NCBI GenBank assembly: GCA_038087875.1
Contig: CM075987.1
Span: 24,554,001 to 24,618,000, forward strand
Origin: Malacoraja senta
Lineage: Eukaryota
Direction: 5' to 3'
DNA: 64,000 nucleotides
Numbering within the stretch: the first letter of the stretch is position 1; each line of letters opens with the position of its first letter. The translations under genes were made by a program, and so were the position numbers. Of the stretch, positions 22,948 through 35,401 are shown in pieces. Below the pieces are notes generated by a model that saw only the letters and a program-made list of their open reading frames with translations, made no database searches and was not told where the DNA came from.

Positions 22948-24109
22948 TACTTCATGAAGGTGTGACTTCATAAATCAATCCAAGACAATCAAACCTTATT
23001 TGAAAGCCCAAGTCTGTGTCAACAATACTGTTTTCCTTTTGACAAGAGTTTTTTTTATCATCTCCATTTTACACAGATTGCAAATAGACTTGTATTAGCT
23101 CTGTGTTTGGGAACAGACCAGTAAATCAAGAGGCTTTTTGCTTATTGCTCTGTTCCACTTACGTATCATCCAATTCCAACAACTTGAAATATTAAGCAAA
23201 CAACATTATTTTGTTTATTTAAAGATTTAAAGGAGGTTGCTTTATCGTGGTTTGGCTTGGAATCGCTGTATTCCCACACTTGGAAAAAGGACACCTCTCA
23301 ACTGTATCCAACATTGCAAACTCCCTTGATATTTTCAATCATTTTCTCCCAAAAGACCTCAAACAAAGTCTTGTTTATATATATATATATGTATATATAT
23401 TGTGTATGAAATTATTTTTTGAAAAAAAAAAAACGCTGGCTGTGTAATAGAACAGTTCCAACTATTAGTAAAAAGCTTTGACCTTTCTAGGCTGTAACCG
23501 CAATGATTTCACCAGATCTTCTCCTCTGGCCGGGTGACATAGCCGCTTCAATCAGCAACACCCAAACGATGACCTGACATGTTGTGAAACTCCAGACGCA
23601 ATTGTTTTTTTAGTGCTCGTGAGTTGATCACAGCCCTGCCAAGGACTGCGTTGGTATTTTTGCACCAGATTGTTTTACAGTACATGATTGACTTGATGTT
23701 CACAGCTCACGCGACACTTGAAATGATGCAAATCCATTTCCCATTGCATCAAGAACATATATCCCTCTAATCCAGTGTGTAGGTCGCTGCCCAAATGCTT
23801 TTAAAACATTGTAATTGTAGCTTCCACCATAAACCTCCCCTCCATTTGACCTGCACCTTCCGTGCGACAACATATGCCCGTTGCATTTTCTTTTCATTTC
23901 TCTCCTTCCATCTTAAACCAGGCACTCTCCTTCTAGTTTCCTCTACTGTGGAAATGACCATCTCGTGCATTGTTGCAGAATAGTTCATGCATTATATATA
24001 CAGGGAGGAGGCATGGTAGGCAAAGTTAATGTTGATTACTTTGAAGAGTGGTTGCAGAGGAAGGTCTGAAGCCATGTTGGACATTAAAGAACTTGGCAAA
24101 GAGATGTAG

Positions 24110-24668
24110 GGTAGACACAAAGATCTTGAGTAACTCAGCGGGACAGGCAGTATCTCTGGAGAGAAGGAATTGGTGACGTTTTGGGTCAAGACCCTTCTTC
24201 AGACATTCCTTCCTACACAAAGAGATTCAGGGTGCAGGTTTTTCCAAAGAAGAGGTCTGGTAGATTTAGGTAGTAAGTTTTTTGCATATCCTTCATTCAC
24301 TTCCCCCTCTGACCTCCCCGTGGTGAGCCCTGCCTGTGGTGAGCCCTGTCAACTGGCCTCAGTCAGGCGAATGACAACAAACAGAGGCAGCAGCAGCGCC
24401 AACCCGGACATGCGCCCTTTCTTAGGGCGGGCACCTACGGATGTCGAACAGGATGGCATCACCCTGCGGCAGACTTCTGCTGCCTCAAATGCAAGAAGAA
24501 GAAGAAGCCTTGTTCTATATCTCTCTACATCACCGTCTATATCTCCTGTTTCCCTCTCCCCTGACTCTGAGTCTGAAGAAGGGTCTCGACCCGAAACCTC
24601 ACCCATTCCTTCTCTCCAGAGATGACGCCTGTCCCGCTGAGTTACTCCAGCATGTTGTGTCTATCTTT
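24110..24668. mobile_element. Penelope-like inverted pair containing a (GAA)n-tailed insert (about 24300-24508)
   Basis: Minus arm about 24110-24204, plus arm to 24668 with CTGAAGA at 24573; insert ends GCAAGAAGAAGAAGAAG (Vingi/RTE-like tail, uncertain). Confidence 0.7.
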
Positions 24669-25204
24669 GAAGAATAGGTCTAATGGCTTTACCAGAAGGG
24701 AAAGAAGTGAACAACTGGCTGGGAGGGTTTGTCGAGGTAATTCAAGATAACTTTGCGTGGGGAATATTGAGCAAAAGAGAGCTAATACAGGTTGGCAGAT
24801 GTAATGGGTCAAACATTGAAATGGAATTCAATATGAATTTCAGTTACAGGAAACGTTTCAGAGCACAGGTTATCACTATTTGACTTCGAAATTACATTGT
24901 TCAAATATTACAAATGCTCGAATTGGTATCATGTGTCACCAATGTGTCTCAAACATCCTAAAACATTTCACCAGCAACAAGTTTTGAAATGATTTATCTC
25001 CAAGCGCGACAGTGATCCAGTCCGCAGTAAGAAAACAAATAGAAATAACGTAAAAAAGCAGAGAGAGTTATATTATCTTTGGCATTGGTTGGCAGATCAT
25101 TGTTTTCCAGCAGAATTGGACAATTACTACACTTTACCAGAAGAACATTTAAAGCTTTTGTTTTTACACTGCCATGGTGATTTCAACCCATTTACTTTAG
25201 ACTT

Positions 25205-25545
25205 CGTGTGAAGGAAGGAACTGCAGATGCTGGTTTAAACCGATGACAGACACAAAGTGCTGGAGTAACTCAGCGGGTCGGGCAGCATCTCTGGAGAGAA
25301 GGAATAGTTGACGTATCGGGTCGGAACCCTCCTGAAAGATAGGGTGGGGGGGGGGGGGGGGAACTGTAGGAGAGAAAAGGGCAGAACAAAACAAGGCCAG
25401 CAACAGATAATCTCGGGAAGGGTGGAGTCCATGATGGCTCATTGTTGGTTGGGGAAGATGTGCGCAGTAGACCTCGTAGGACAACTAGGGTGTGGGGTGG
25501 AGGGGAGAGAGGGGTGGGAAGGAATGCAGGAGTTACTTGAAATAT
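25205..25545 (-). mobile_element. Penelope-like 3' fragment
   Basis: Terminus plus UTR back to the ...TTCAAGTAA stop-codon region also seen at 14434 and 47955. Confidence 0.7.
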
Positions 25546-25719
25546 TTTCTTACGATCATGTAACATTGAAATGAAGAATTGTTTAAAGGAAAGCCAATGA
25601 ACATATATTTTCTAAGCACATTTAGCCACCTGATTCTCATTGCTTATATGTATAAATTGAAGGATTAATATCCCCAACTATACTCTAGCCTATCACATTT
25701 TCCACCCTTTTAGTATTAG

Positions 25720-26025
25720 TTTTAGTTTAGTTTAGTTTAGAGATACAGCGCGGAAACAGGCCCTTCAGTCCACGTCGACCAGCGATCCCCGCACACTAAC
25801 ACTACCACTACCCACCACACACTAGGGACAATTTACATTTACCCCAAGCCAATTAACCTACAAACCTGCACGTCTTTGGAGAGTGGGAGGAAAACAAAGA
25901 TCTCGGAGAAAACCCACGTGGTCACGGGGAGATCGTACAAACTCCACACAGACAGCACTCGTAGTCAGGATCGAACCCGGGTCTCCGGCGCTGAAAGACA
26001 ACAACTCTACCGCTGGGCCACCGTG
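25720..26025 (-). mobile_element. V-SINE
   Basis: Complete reverse-complement copy. Confidence 0.9.
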
Positions 26026-26599
26026 ATAAACACCATTGCTGTTGATCTGATCAGTACCCTCCTCACTTTATAATAACCAAATAATTACTTCAGCAAGGTT
26101 TTCAATCTTTGCTTGCTGCAGGACCAAAATGCTGCAAACCAGTCCCGGTTTACAAATAGACGAAAAAAAAAGCTTGGAGCTAATTAGTTTGCAGTCTCCG
26201 AGCCATAATATTGAAAACATATGCTTATGCAGCAGCGTACCAAAACAAATTATACAAGAGCTGTCTTACAAATGCTAACTTCCAGTAAATGTCCTGCTGT
26301 TAAAAAGGACTTATTAAAAGTGTACTGATTGTGATACAACTGTTGTTTCCAATTACAGTCCTAATGAAAACAAATGTGACTGATAATTGAAAAATGGATT
26401 TCTGCTCTTGCTACAGTTGACTCGGCCCCGTAATTATAACGATTTATTTATCTACAAGGAGTACGTGGTGGCCTGTTCCAAAACTGTGCTGTTCACCTCC
26501 AAGGGCACAAGTTGAAAATTTGCCAACATTAGTTGCGTAATGAAATTTGTCTCATGTTGCTTCCTAGCAGAGCTTTAGTTTAGTTTATATCAAAGACTT

Positions 26600-27012
26600 C
26601 ATGTGTGGGAAGGAACTGCGGAGGCCGGTTTAAACCGAAGATAGACACAAAATGCTGGAGTAACTCAGCGGGACAGGCAGCGTCTCTGGAGAGAAGGAAC
26701 GGGTGACGTTTCGGGTCGAGACCTTTGGCTTAGTAGGGATACAGCGCGGAAACAGGCCCCTTCGGCCCACTGAGTCCGCACCCACCTGTGATCTCCGCAC
26801 ATTAACACTATCATACACACACTTGGGACACCAAGCCAATTGACCTACAAACCTGTACGTCTTTGGAGTGTGGGAGGAAACCGAAGACCTCGGAGAAAAC
26901 CCACGCAGGTCACGGGGAGAACGTACAAACTCCATACAGACAGCGCCCCGTAGTCGGGATCGTACCTGGGTCTCTGGCGCTGTAAGGACTACTGTTATTC
27001 CACCATGCCGCA
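26600..27012 (-). mobile_element. PLE terminus (about 26600-26723) abutting a V-SINE (about 26735-27012)
   Basis: Recognisable family motifs. Confidence 0.8.
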
Positions 27013-27246
27013 CATGTAGGTTCCCAGTAGAGTTTATGTAGTGTAATGGAAATTACTGCCGTGTTTTGATGAGCAATATTATTTGACCGTCCTCCTGATT
27101 ACATTTTATCTTTACATGCCTCGTTGCCACCTTCCCCGAGCTATCAATTATCTATTCTACATTTTCGTTGAGATTCGTCCTCTTTGATCGCTCATTTTCA
27201 CATCTTACACTTCCGTATCTCTGTGTCTCTCTCTCCCCTGATCCTC

Positions 27247-27280
27247 GGTCTGATGAAGGGTCTCGACCTGAAATGTCGCC
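27247..27280 (+). ncRNA. Hammerhead-like motif with canonical CTGATGA core in a PLE fragment
   Basis: GGT-CTGATGA-A-GGGT-CTCG-ACCT-GAAAT-GTC-GCC; partly decayed. Confidence 0.5.
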
Positions 27281-27397
27281 CATTCCTTCTCTCCAGAGAT
27301 GCTGCCTGTCCCACTGAGTTACTCCAGCATTTTGTGTCTACCTCCGCCGCAGATCCATCCTGCACATTATATCCATCTCGTCAGACTTGCTCAGTTA

Positions 27398-27750
27398 GCC
27401 ACTCCCTCTTCTCCCCTCTCCCGTCAGGTGGAAGGTACAGAAGTGTGAAAACGCACACACCTCCAGATTCAGGGACAGTTTCTTCCCAGCTGTTATCAGG
27501 CAACTGAATCATCCTACCAACAACCAGAGAGTAGTCCACCACAACTATCTACCTCATTGGAGACCATCGGACTAATCTGTGATCGGACTTTGCTGGCTTT
27601 ATCTTCACTATATTTATTCCCTTATCATGTATCTGTACACTGTTAATGGCTCAATTGTAATCGGCCTTTCCTCTGACTAGTTAGCCCGCAACAAAAGCTT
27701 TTCAATGTACCTCGGTACCCGTGATAGTAAACTAAACTAAACTAACTAAA
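27398..27750 (+). mobile_element. Rex1/Babar 3' end
   Basis: HSLFSPLPSGGRYRSVKTHT...; UTR; (AAACT)n tail. Confidence 0.75.
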
Positions 27751-28013
27751 TTAAACAGTTAAGTCTTTTGCATTCACCGTTCCTTACAGTCGGATTCTTC
27801 AGTTAACTTGACATTTGCAGTGTCATAACCAAGAAATCTCAGACGACACTTTAGCACGGTGGTGAGGCAATGCTGAACTGTTTGAGGTGCGATCTTTCAG
27901 TCTCAGTCGAAGATAGACACAGAAAGACTCGGTGGTACCTTCCGAAGAAGGGTCTTGACCCGAAGTGTCACCTGTTACATTTCTCCAGAGATGCCGTCTG
28001 ACCCGCTGAGTTA

Positions 28014-29205
28014 AGGGCCTGTCCCACTTGGTCGTCATTTGCGCGTAAATTACGCGACATCATTTACGCGTCAAGACGCACGATGTGACACGCACGTGAT
28101 AATAATAATAATAATAATTCATTTTATTTACTGGCACCTTTCTAAAACCCAAGGACACCTTACAAGGCATAGAATCACAAAAATACAAAACACATAATCG
28201 GAATAAATTAAATATAAAAAAAACACCACAGTACACAAATCAAGGACAGAATTCAAGTACAAAAGCACAAAAAGAAAATAAGAAACACAATTTGAGGAGA
28301 GAGCAGCGGCAGCCAAACCGCGCCAGCGTCCACTCTCCCCTCCGACCGCCATCTTGCACACAGACCAACAGGCACAGCACACAAAATCATCCCCCCACAA
28401 TGACCACCACTGTGGGGGAAGGCACAATGTCCAGTCCCCAACCCAGTTCTCCCCAGAGTCAGGCCCATCGAGGCCACCACAGTTGCCTCTACGGAGGTCC
28501 GATGTTCCTGGCCGTCGGGAGAGTCCTCGCAGCGGCTGGAACGGCCGGTTTCCCAGCGGAGTCGATGGCACCAGAAGCCGACAGGGCCGCGCCGATTTGG
28601 AGCCACGAGGCTCCCGATGTTGGAGTCGGCGCCGCCGCCCGCGGCTGGTCGCTCCGCAGACCCGCAGCCCGGAGGTGTTGATCTCGGCGGTCAACGCATA
28701 CCGGAGCTCCAGCGTGTCGATCCAGCGCGGCGACCCAGGCAAGGTATCGCCCGCTACGCTCTCCGATAGCGCTCCAGCGCTGTGCCGCCACCGAAGCTGA
28801 AGGTGCTGGGCGGTCCCCGTCAGGAAACGGCGCTCCATGCCCGCTGGTAGGCCACGAGGACGGGTCGACGGGGCAGCCTGGAGAAAAAGCTGCCTCACTG
28901 ACCAGGTAGGGACCCAGAAATAGTTTCCCCCTTACCCCCCCCACATTAAAAGTCAAAATCCCCCAAACAAACAAAGAAATAAAAAAGCTAAAACTAAAGA
29001 AAAAGTGAATTTGACGGACGGCAGCCGTTCCTCCAAGATGGCGGCTCCTCCTGATGCGCGCATGGTCCGCATTACCCGCGCATGGTGCGTGATGACATAG
29101 TCAGTGACGCCCGGCCGGGTGCGACGTTGCAGGATTTTGTGATGTACAAAATCTTCGCGCGCCATCTGAGTGACGCGCAAATGACGGCCAAGTGGGACAG
29201 GCCCT
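28014..29205. mobile_element. PIF/Harbinger-type MITE inserted in a PLE terminus (about 27935-29267)
   Basis: TIR AGGGCCTGTCCCACTTGG.CGTCATTTGCGCGT; TTA TSD at 28011-28013 and 29206-29208 splitting GCTGAG-TTA-CTCCAGC. Confidence 0.92.
28101..29051 (-). mobile_element. Non-autonomous retroelement with L2-like 3' tail, inside the MITE
   Basis: TGAT duplicated (28097-28100, 29052-29055); 5' end GGAGGAGCCGCCATCTTGG; 3' end TGTAAGGTGTCCTTGGG...GAAAGGTGCC..AATAAAATGA(ATT)n; no recognisable protein. Confidence 0.75.
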
Positions 29206-29609
29206 TTACTCCAGCTTTCTGTGTGTATCTTCGGTTTTAACCAGCATCTGCAGTTCCTTCCTACACATTAATCCCAGCCCCTTGTGAGCTTTCACCACCG
29301 GTAGTGAGATCATTCACCGTGTTATTTGATAGAGCTGACAAAACCTACCAGGCATCCCAGCCAATAGTAATCTCAAGAATGTCCATCCTACCCACCAGTG
29401 TTACAGTGGCTGTTAGTTAGTTAGCTAGTTTAGTTTATTGTCACTGTACAGAGGTACAGGGAAAAGCTTTTGTTGCATGCTAACCAGCCAGCGGAAAGAC
29501 AACACATGATTACATTCCATCCGTCCGCAGGGTACAGATGCTGCTTTCTTGAATCATTGCAGTCTTTCTGGTGAAGCAGTTGTAGAGTCATAGAGATATA
29601 TATATAGTT

Positions 29610-30161
29610 ACTACAGGCGACTAGGCTGTCACCACATGGTCGCGGGGTGACGCCTGTATGGTCGTGAGTCGTCTCCTCAAGCCGCCTAAAGAGTCGTAAC
29701 GTTTTTCTGGTCGCCGCTGGATTTTGAAATGTTCAAAACTTTTCGGCGACTGTGGGCTTGACGTAGCTTGCCTTCTCCTGAAGTAGGTGCTGTCGTAGGT
29801 TGTCACCAGGATGACGCAGGTTGTCGCCAGGATGACGCAGGTTGTCGCCGGGTGCTGACTTCGGTGAATTCCATTGGTGACTACCTACGTCAACTGGCAA
29901 CAGGTACCGGCGACAGAATTGTCTTCAGTTGTCGCCGACAGGGTCGTTGCTTGTCGTAGCTTGTCGCGGGTGGACGTAGGTTGACTTTGGTTGTCGTAGG
30001 TTGTCGCCTGTGTGGTCGTAGGTGTGGTCGTAGGTGTACGGCCTAATGGGTCACCAGTTGTCGGTAGCTTGCAGTAGCTTGACGTCCCTTTTTCGGCGAC
30101 CTGCTACGACTGTGGCAGGCGCTGGCAATCGCCGAAAGATCGCCTAAGTGGGACAGGCCCT
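29610..30161. mobile_element. PIF/Harbinger-type MITE, left end missing
   Basis: Right TIR TAAGTGGGACAGGCCCT; interior related to 30655-30908 and 46205-46524; many GTTGTCG repeats. Confidence 0.8.
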
Positions 30162-30225
30162 ATACAGCATCTGCAGTTTTTTGTGTTTCCACTGTTTGTT
30201 CTTAGTGTTTGCATGTGTGATTCAT

Positions 30226-30545
30226 GTTTAGTTTAGTTTAGAGATACAACGTGGAAACAGGCCCTTCGGCCCACCGGGTCCGCGCCGACCAGCATTCCTC
30301 GCATATTAACACTACCATACACACTCTAGGTACATTTTACATTTATACCAAGCCAATTAACCTACAAACCTGCACGTCTTTGGAGTGTGGGAGGGAACCG
30401 AAGATCTCGGAGAAAACCCACGCAGGTCACGGGGAGAACGTACAAACTCCGTACAGACAGCACCTGTAGTCGGGATTGAACCCGGGTCTCCGGCGCTGCA
30501 AGCGCTGTAAGGCAGCAACTCTACCGCTGCGCCACCGTGCCGCCC
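30226..30545 (-). mobile_element. V-SINE
   Basis: Complete reverse-complement copy. Confidence 0.9.
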
Positions 30546-30654
30546 ACGTTTGTGAATAAATCGGTTTGGAGATGACGGTGAAAGGAATGGTACAAAAGTT
30601 TAAGAACTACTTTACCTTGCACTAAATGTTAACCAGCGATCCCCGCACACTAAC

Positions 30655-30908
30655 GGGCCTGTCCCACTTATGCAACTTTTTCGGGGACTGCCGGCACCTG
30701 TCACAGGTCGTTGCAAGTCGCGGAAAATTTTCAACATGTTGAAAATCCAGCGGCGACCAGAAAAAGGTACGACACTTTGGGCGACTGCTCACGACCGTAC
30801 AGGCTTCGTTCACCCCGCGACATGTCGCCAGGTTGTCACCTGTATGGTCGTGAGTCGTCTCCTCAGTCGCCCAAAGAGTCGTAGCATCTCTCTGGTCACC
30901 GCTGGATC
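30655..30908. mobile_element. PIF/Harbinger-type MITE, right end missing
   Basis: Left TIR GGGCCTGTCCCACTTA; interior matches 46205-46524. Confidence 0.8.
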
Positions 30909-31364
30909 TCTAAATTAAACTAAACTATCCCAAGGCTGTGTGAGTTGGGAGATGTCTGTAAATTGCTCCTAGTGTGGTTGTTAGCCTAGTGCACTGCACA
31001 AAGTCCCCTTCTCTCCGTTTAATTGCTATTAATATTTCTCAGCTGTTTCTCATTTCCCTGGTCCACTCAAGTCCACGCTCAGCTATTCAGGCCGTCGGCT
31101 TGCATAACACCTTTTCCCCCACTTCACCTTGGAGTGGCTCTGGAAGTCCTATTCTCTGCAGCATCATTGCCATGGACGGAACACGACTGAGGTAATACAG
31201 GGTGGTCTTACATGGAAACTGTTAGCTTTCAATTACATCACACTGTAATTCTTAGCAGGAAGCAGATGTTGTGACAACCCATGTGGCCCCGATAAGTGAG
31301 TACAGAACATTCTGGCCAGAGGAACAATAAACAGCTGAGAAACATTTACTGCAATTAGAGAGAA

Positions 31365-31466
31365 AGAGGGAGAGGGAGAGGGAGGGTGAGGGGGTGAGGG
31401 GGTGATGGGGTGAGGGGGTGAGGGGGTGAGGGGGAGAGGGGGAGAGGGGGAGAGTGGGAGAGGGGG
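31365..31466 (+). repeat. G-rich simple repeat (GGGGTGAG/GGGGAGAG)n
   Basis: Seen directly; many G4-G5 runs. Confidence 0.85.
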
Positions 31467-33634
31467 ATGCTGTCTATATGTCTTTTGTATGTATTCCTTC
31501 TGACCAGCGTGGGTTTTCCCCGGGTGCTCCGGTTTCCTCCCACACTCCAAAGACGTACAGGTTTGGAGGCTAATTGGCTTTGGTAAAAATTGTAGATTGT
31601 CCCTAGTGTGTGTAGGATAGTGCTAGTGTGTGGGGATCGCTGGTCGGTGTGGACTCGGTGGGCCGAAGGCCTTGTTTCCACGCTGTATCTCCAAACTAAG
31701 CTAAACTTTGAGTGGGAGGGCTGGGGTGAGGTGAGGAGGGAGGGAGGGAGGGAGGGAGGAGGTGGGAAGCACACTCCAAAGCATTTTGGTGCATCTGAAA
31801 TGTCATCCCTGCTAGCAAATGAACTGCATTCAGTCTTGCCCGCACACAGAAAGAGGTGAGACAAAGCCCATCAACACATCCAAACTCCAGTGGTTAAAAC
31901 CATCAGGAAAACATATATCGCGGTTCCGATCTATAGGCCTCGCGGCGGCGGCGGCGATACCTGGCGGGGGACCACCGTGAGGGGGGTGGAAGAACAAAGG
32001 ACAATGGGGACCCGGCGTGGGTGGAACCGCTGTGGTGAGGGGGGGGGGGGGGGAGAACAAAAGGAGGGGCCGGCGGGCTTTGTAACTTTGTCAGCGCTGT
32101 AGGTGGCCGCTATTTGTATACCTTGTGTGTGCAAGAAAATGATTTCACTGTGTGGGAAAGAACTGCAGATGCTGGTTTAAACCGAAGATAGACACAAAAT
32201 GCTGGCGTAACTCAGCGGGACAGGCAGCGTCTGTGGAGGGATCGAGGTCGAGACCCTTCTTTAGACTGAATCTCACCGGGCCTTGTCACATGTGACAATA
32301 AAGTATTCCAATTCCACTCCATCCCTCTTGTTTTCTTGATGGTTTGGTATTTTAAAGGGAGGAGAGAAAAATAACGAAGGGAAGAGATTTTGAACTTTTT
32401 TTCGCCTTCCATCGCAGTGAGGAATGCGGAGGAGTCACTGTGGTGGATGCTTATGTTAAAATGTGTTTTGTGTGTTCCGTTGCTTTTTTTTGTATGACTG
32501 ACTTGGCACAGATCTCATTCAAATAATAACCTGCCTTCCTGTTCTTGCCACCAGAGTGGTCAATCCACATTAAACTGCATCTGCCACGCATCTGCCCACT
32601 CACCCAACCTGTCTTCTTCTTGCGTAAGGCGTGCACAGCCTAAAGTTGTAAGACAACTGGTTCTGTTTGATCTTCTGTTTGTGCACGCCAGGTTGATTGC
32701 ATTCGTCGAAACAGGGTGGACCACGTGAAGGTTGCAATCTCCCACCCCACCCCCCTCATATGTTGCACAACATACTTGGTTAATAAAGTATTATTATGAT
32801 TGTTTGAAGAAGGGTCTCGACCCGAGACGTCACCCGTTCCTTCTCTCCTGAGATGCTGCCTGGCCCGCTGCGTTACCCCAGCGTTTTTGTGTCTGCCTTC
32901 GGTGCTCATTTTGAAATTCGGGCCTTCGGTTGGAGTCAGGGGGGGCGATCTGGTGAACTTGTCGGCTGCTCGGAGAGGCCGTGCAGCTGGGAGGTCCGAG
33001 GTCAGAACGCAGAACATGTGTCTTCGATTAGGGCACAAACACCCCACTTAGGTGAACCAGGAGGTACTTGAACCACATGTAGCATTTACTTTGTACACGC
33101 AGACTGCCTCAGATGAAATAAATTGGCATTGCTGGCCCAGGGAATTTCAGGGTGAAATGACAAATTATACTCACATGTGCCAATTCTCTGAGAGACTTAA
33201 CTTGATTTAGTTATAACGATGAGCCTCGTGAGCTGCCACAGCGCTTCAGCCTTTACGTATATGGCACAGAAGCCTCGCTTCAGAAGAGAACCAAGGTACT
33301 CATATGTTTGTGTTCAAAAGCAGGTTTGGTTCCCTGCCATTGCTTTCATTATGCAATATTAAATGCAGCTGAGAAGGAAATTTGCTTTAATCACATTGGA
33401 TACATCATTCGCCCTCCCCCCACACCCCTTCCCGAATGTCTCCGCGCACCCTCAAGGGTTTTGACTCCTTGCTGGGGAGGCTGTTCCGCAGGGCGCGCGA
33501 CAATGGGCGCTGGCCGAGCTTCAGTCCATGCGAGGCATCACCGTTTATTTCCCCCTCATCCGTGTCTCCGACCGCACGCCTCCACCGACGGTCACAAGCC
33601 ACAAATGGGGCGGTACATCACGGTTTAGGTTCAG

Positions 33635-34088
33635 GCGGCGTGGTGGCGCAGCGGTAGAGTCGCTGACAATAGACAATAGGTGCAGGAGTAGGCCATTCGG
33701 CCCTTCGAGCCAGCACCGCCATTCAATGTGATCATGGCTGATCATCCACCAATCAGTACCCCGTTCCTGCCTTCTCCCCGTATCCCCTGACTCCGCTATC
33801 TTTAAGAGCTCTATCTACGGCGCCAGAGACCCCGGTTCGATCCTGACTGCGGGTGCTGCCCGTACGGAGTTTGTACGTTCTCCCCGTGACCTGCGTGAGT
33901 TTTCTCCGACATCTTCGGTTTCCTCCCACACTCCAAAGGTTTGTGGGTTAATTGGCTTGGTGTAAGTGCAAATGGTCCCTGGGGTGTGTAGGATAGTGTA
34001 AATGTGCGGGGATCGCTGGTCGGTGCAGACTTGGTGGGCTGAAGGGCCTGTTTCCGCGCTGTATCTCCAAAACTAAAAACTAAAACTA
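33635..34088 (+). mobile_element. V-SINE interrupted by an antisense CR1 tail (about 33667-33815)
   Basis: Head breaks after GTCGCTG and resumes TACGGCGCCAGAGAC. Confidence 0.85.
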
Positions 34089-34089
34089 C

Positions 34090-34770
34090 AGGTTCGGTTT
34101 TATTCTTGTCACATGCGGTGAAAAGCTTTGTTTCTACTGTCCAAACAGATCAGATAATATTATCCATCAATAGAGTAAAGCCACACTCATGCACAATAGG
34201 CAGAGCAAAGGGGAAGATACAGAGTGGTGCAGAATATAGTTCTCAGCGTTCTAACGCAAAGGTTTCATCAACAAAGTCCGATGTGCTCACTGGGATAGAG
34301 GTGAATCGAGCAGCAACCTAGCTGATGAAAGGACTGTTCAGAAGCCTGATATGAAAGGGGAAAAATGATATTCCCGAGTCTGGTGGTCTGCGCATTCATG
34401 TTTCTGTATCTTCTGCCGGAAGGAAGCAGGGAGAAGCGGAATGACACGATACGACATGACACGATAGAACTTTATTTATCCCAGGAGGAAAAGTGATTTG
34501 CCAACAGTCATAAAACACAAGATACATGAAACATGAAATTAAAGTGGAAAGGATTGGGGATGTGCAGAGATTGGCGAGCCAGTCTTCCCCGCTACAGAAG
34601 TGGGAGGAGTTGTACAGTTTGGTAGCCACAGGGAAGAAGGATCTTCCGTGGCGTTCTGTCCTGCATCTCAGACTGAAGAAGGGTCTCGATCTGAAATGTC
34701 ACCCATTCCTTCTCTCCAGAGATGCTGCCTTTGACCTGTTGAGTTACTCCAGCATTTAGTGTCTACCTTT
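34090..34770. mobile_element. Two Rex1/Babar 3' ends (minus) followed by a PLE terminus (plus, about 34668-34770)
   Basis: LLPSGRRYRNM...; (ACGAT)n tail; CTGAAGA at 34673. Confidence 0.7.
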
Positions 34771-35049
34771 GGTGTAGAAATCGTTCCGTTTCTTTTGGAC
34801 AAAGTAGAATTTGGGAATTTCCTTCATTGTCAGCAAGTTTGCTGTTTGCTTGAACAGATACAGCTTGGAAACAGGCCCTATGGCCAACCGAGTCGAACGC
34901 TGACCATCGATCATCAATTCACACTAGTTCTATGTTATCCCACTTTCGTAGCCACTCACTACACACTGCAGGCAATTTATAGACACTTACCAACCCACAG
35001 ATGGGATGTGGGTGGAAGCCAGAGCACCCGGAGGAAACCCACATGGTTC

Positions 35050-35401
35050 ATAAGATCATGTGATCGGAGCAGAATTAGGTCATTTGGCCCATCAAGTCTA
35101 CTCCGCCATTCAATCATGGCTGATCAATCTTTCCCTCTCAACCCAATCCTCCTGCCTTCTCCCCATAACCCCTGACACCCGCACTAATCAGAATCTATTG
35201 ATATCTGCCATAAAAATATCCATTGACTTGGTCTCCACAGCCTTCTGTAGCAATGAACTCCACAGATTCACCACCCTCTGACTAAAGAAATTCCTCCTCA
35301 TCTCCTTCATAAAGGTACATCCTTTAATTCTGAGACTAAGACCTCTGGTCCTAGGATCTCCCACTGGTGGAAACATCCTCTCCACATCCACTCTATCCAG
35401 G
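35050..35401 (-). mobile_element. CR1 3' fragment
   Basis: VERMFPPVGDPRTRG...FFSQRVVNLW. Confidence 0.85.

Noticed and set aside
28128..28974. Overlapping 117-256 aa ORFs
   Set aside because: Stop-poor GC-rich repeat interior open on both strands; no recognisable domain.
33401..33620. GC-rich segment flanked by TACATCA on both sides (possible insertion)
   Set aside because: No convincing TIR or tail; a 7-bp match can be chance.
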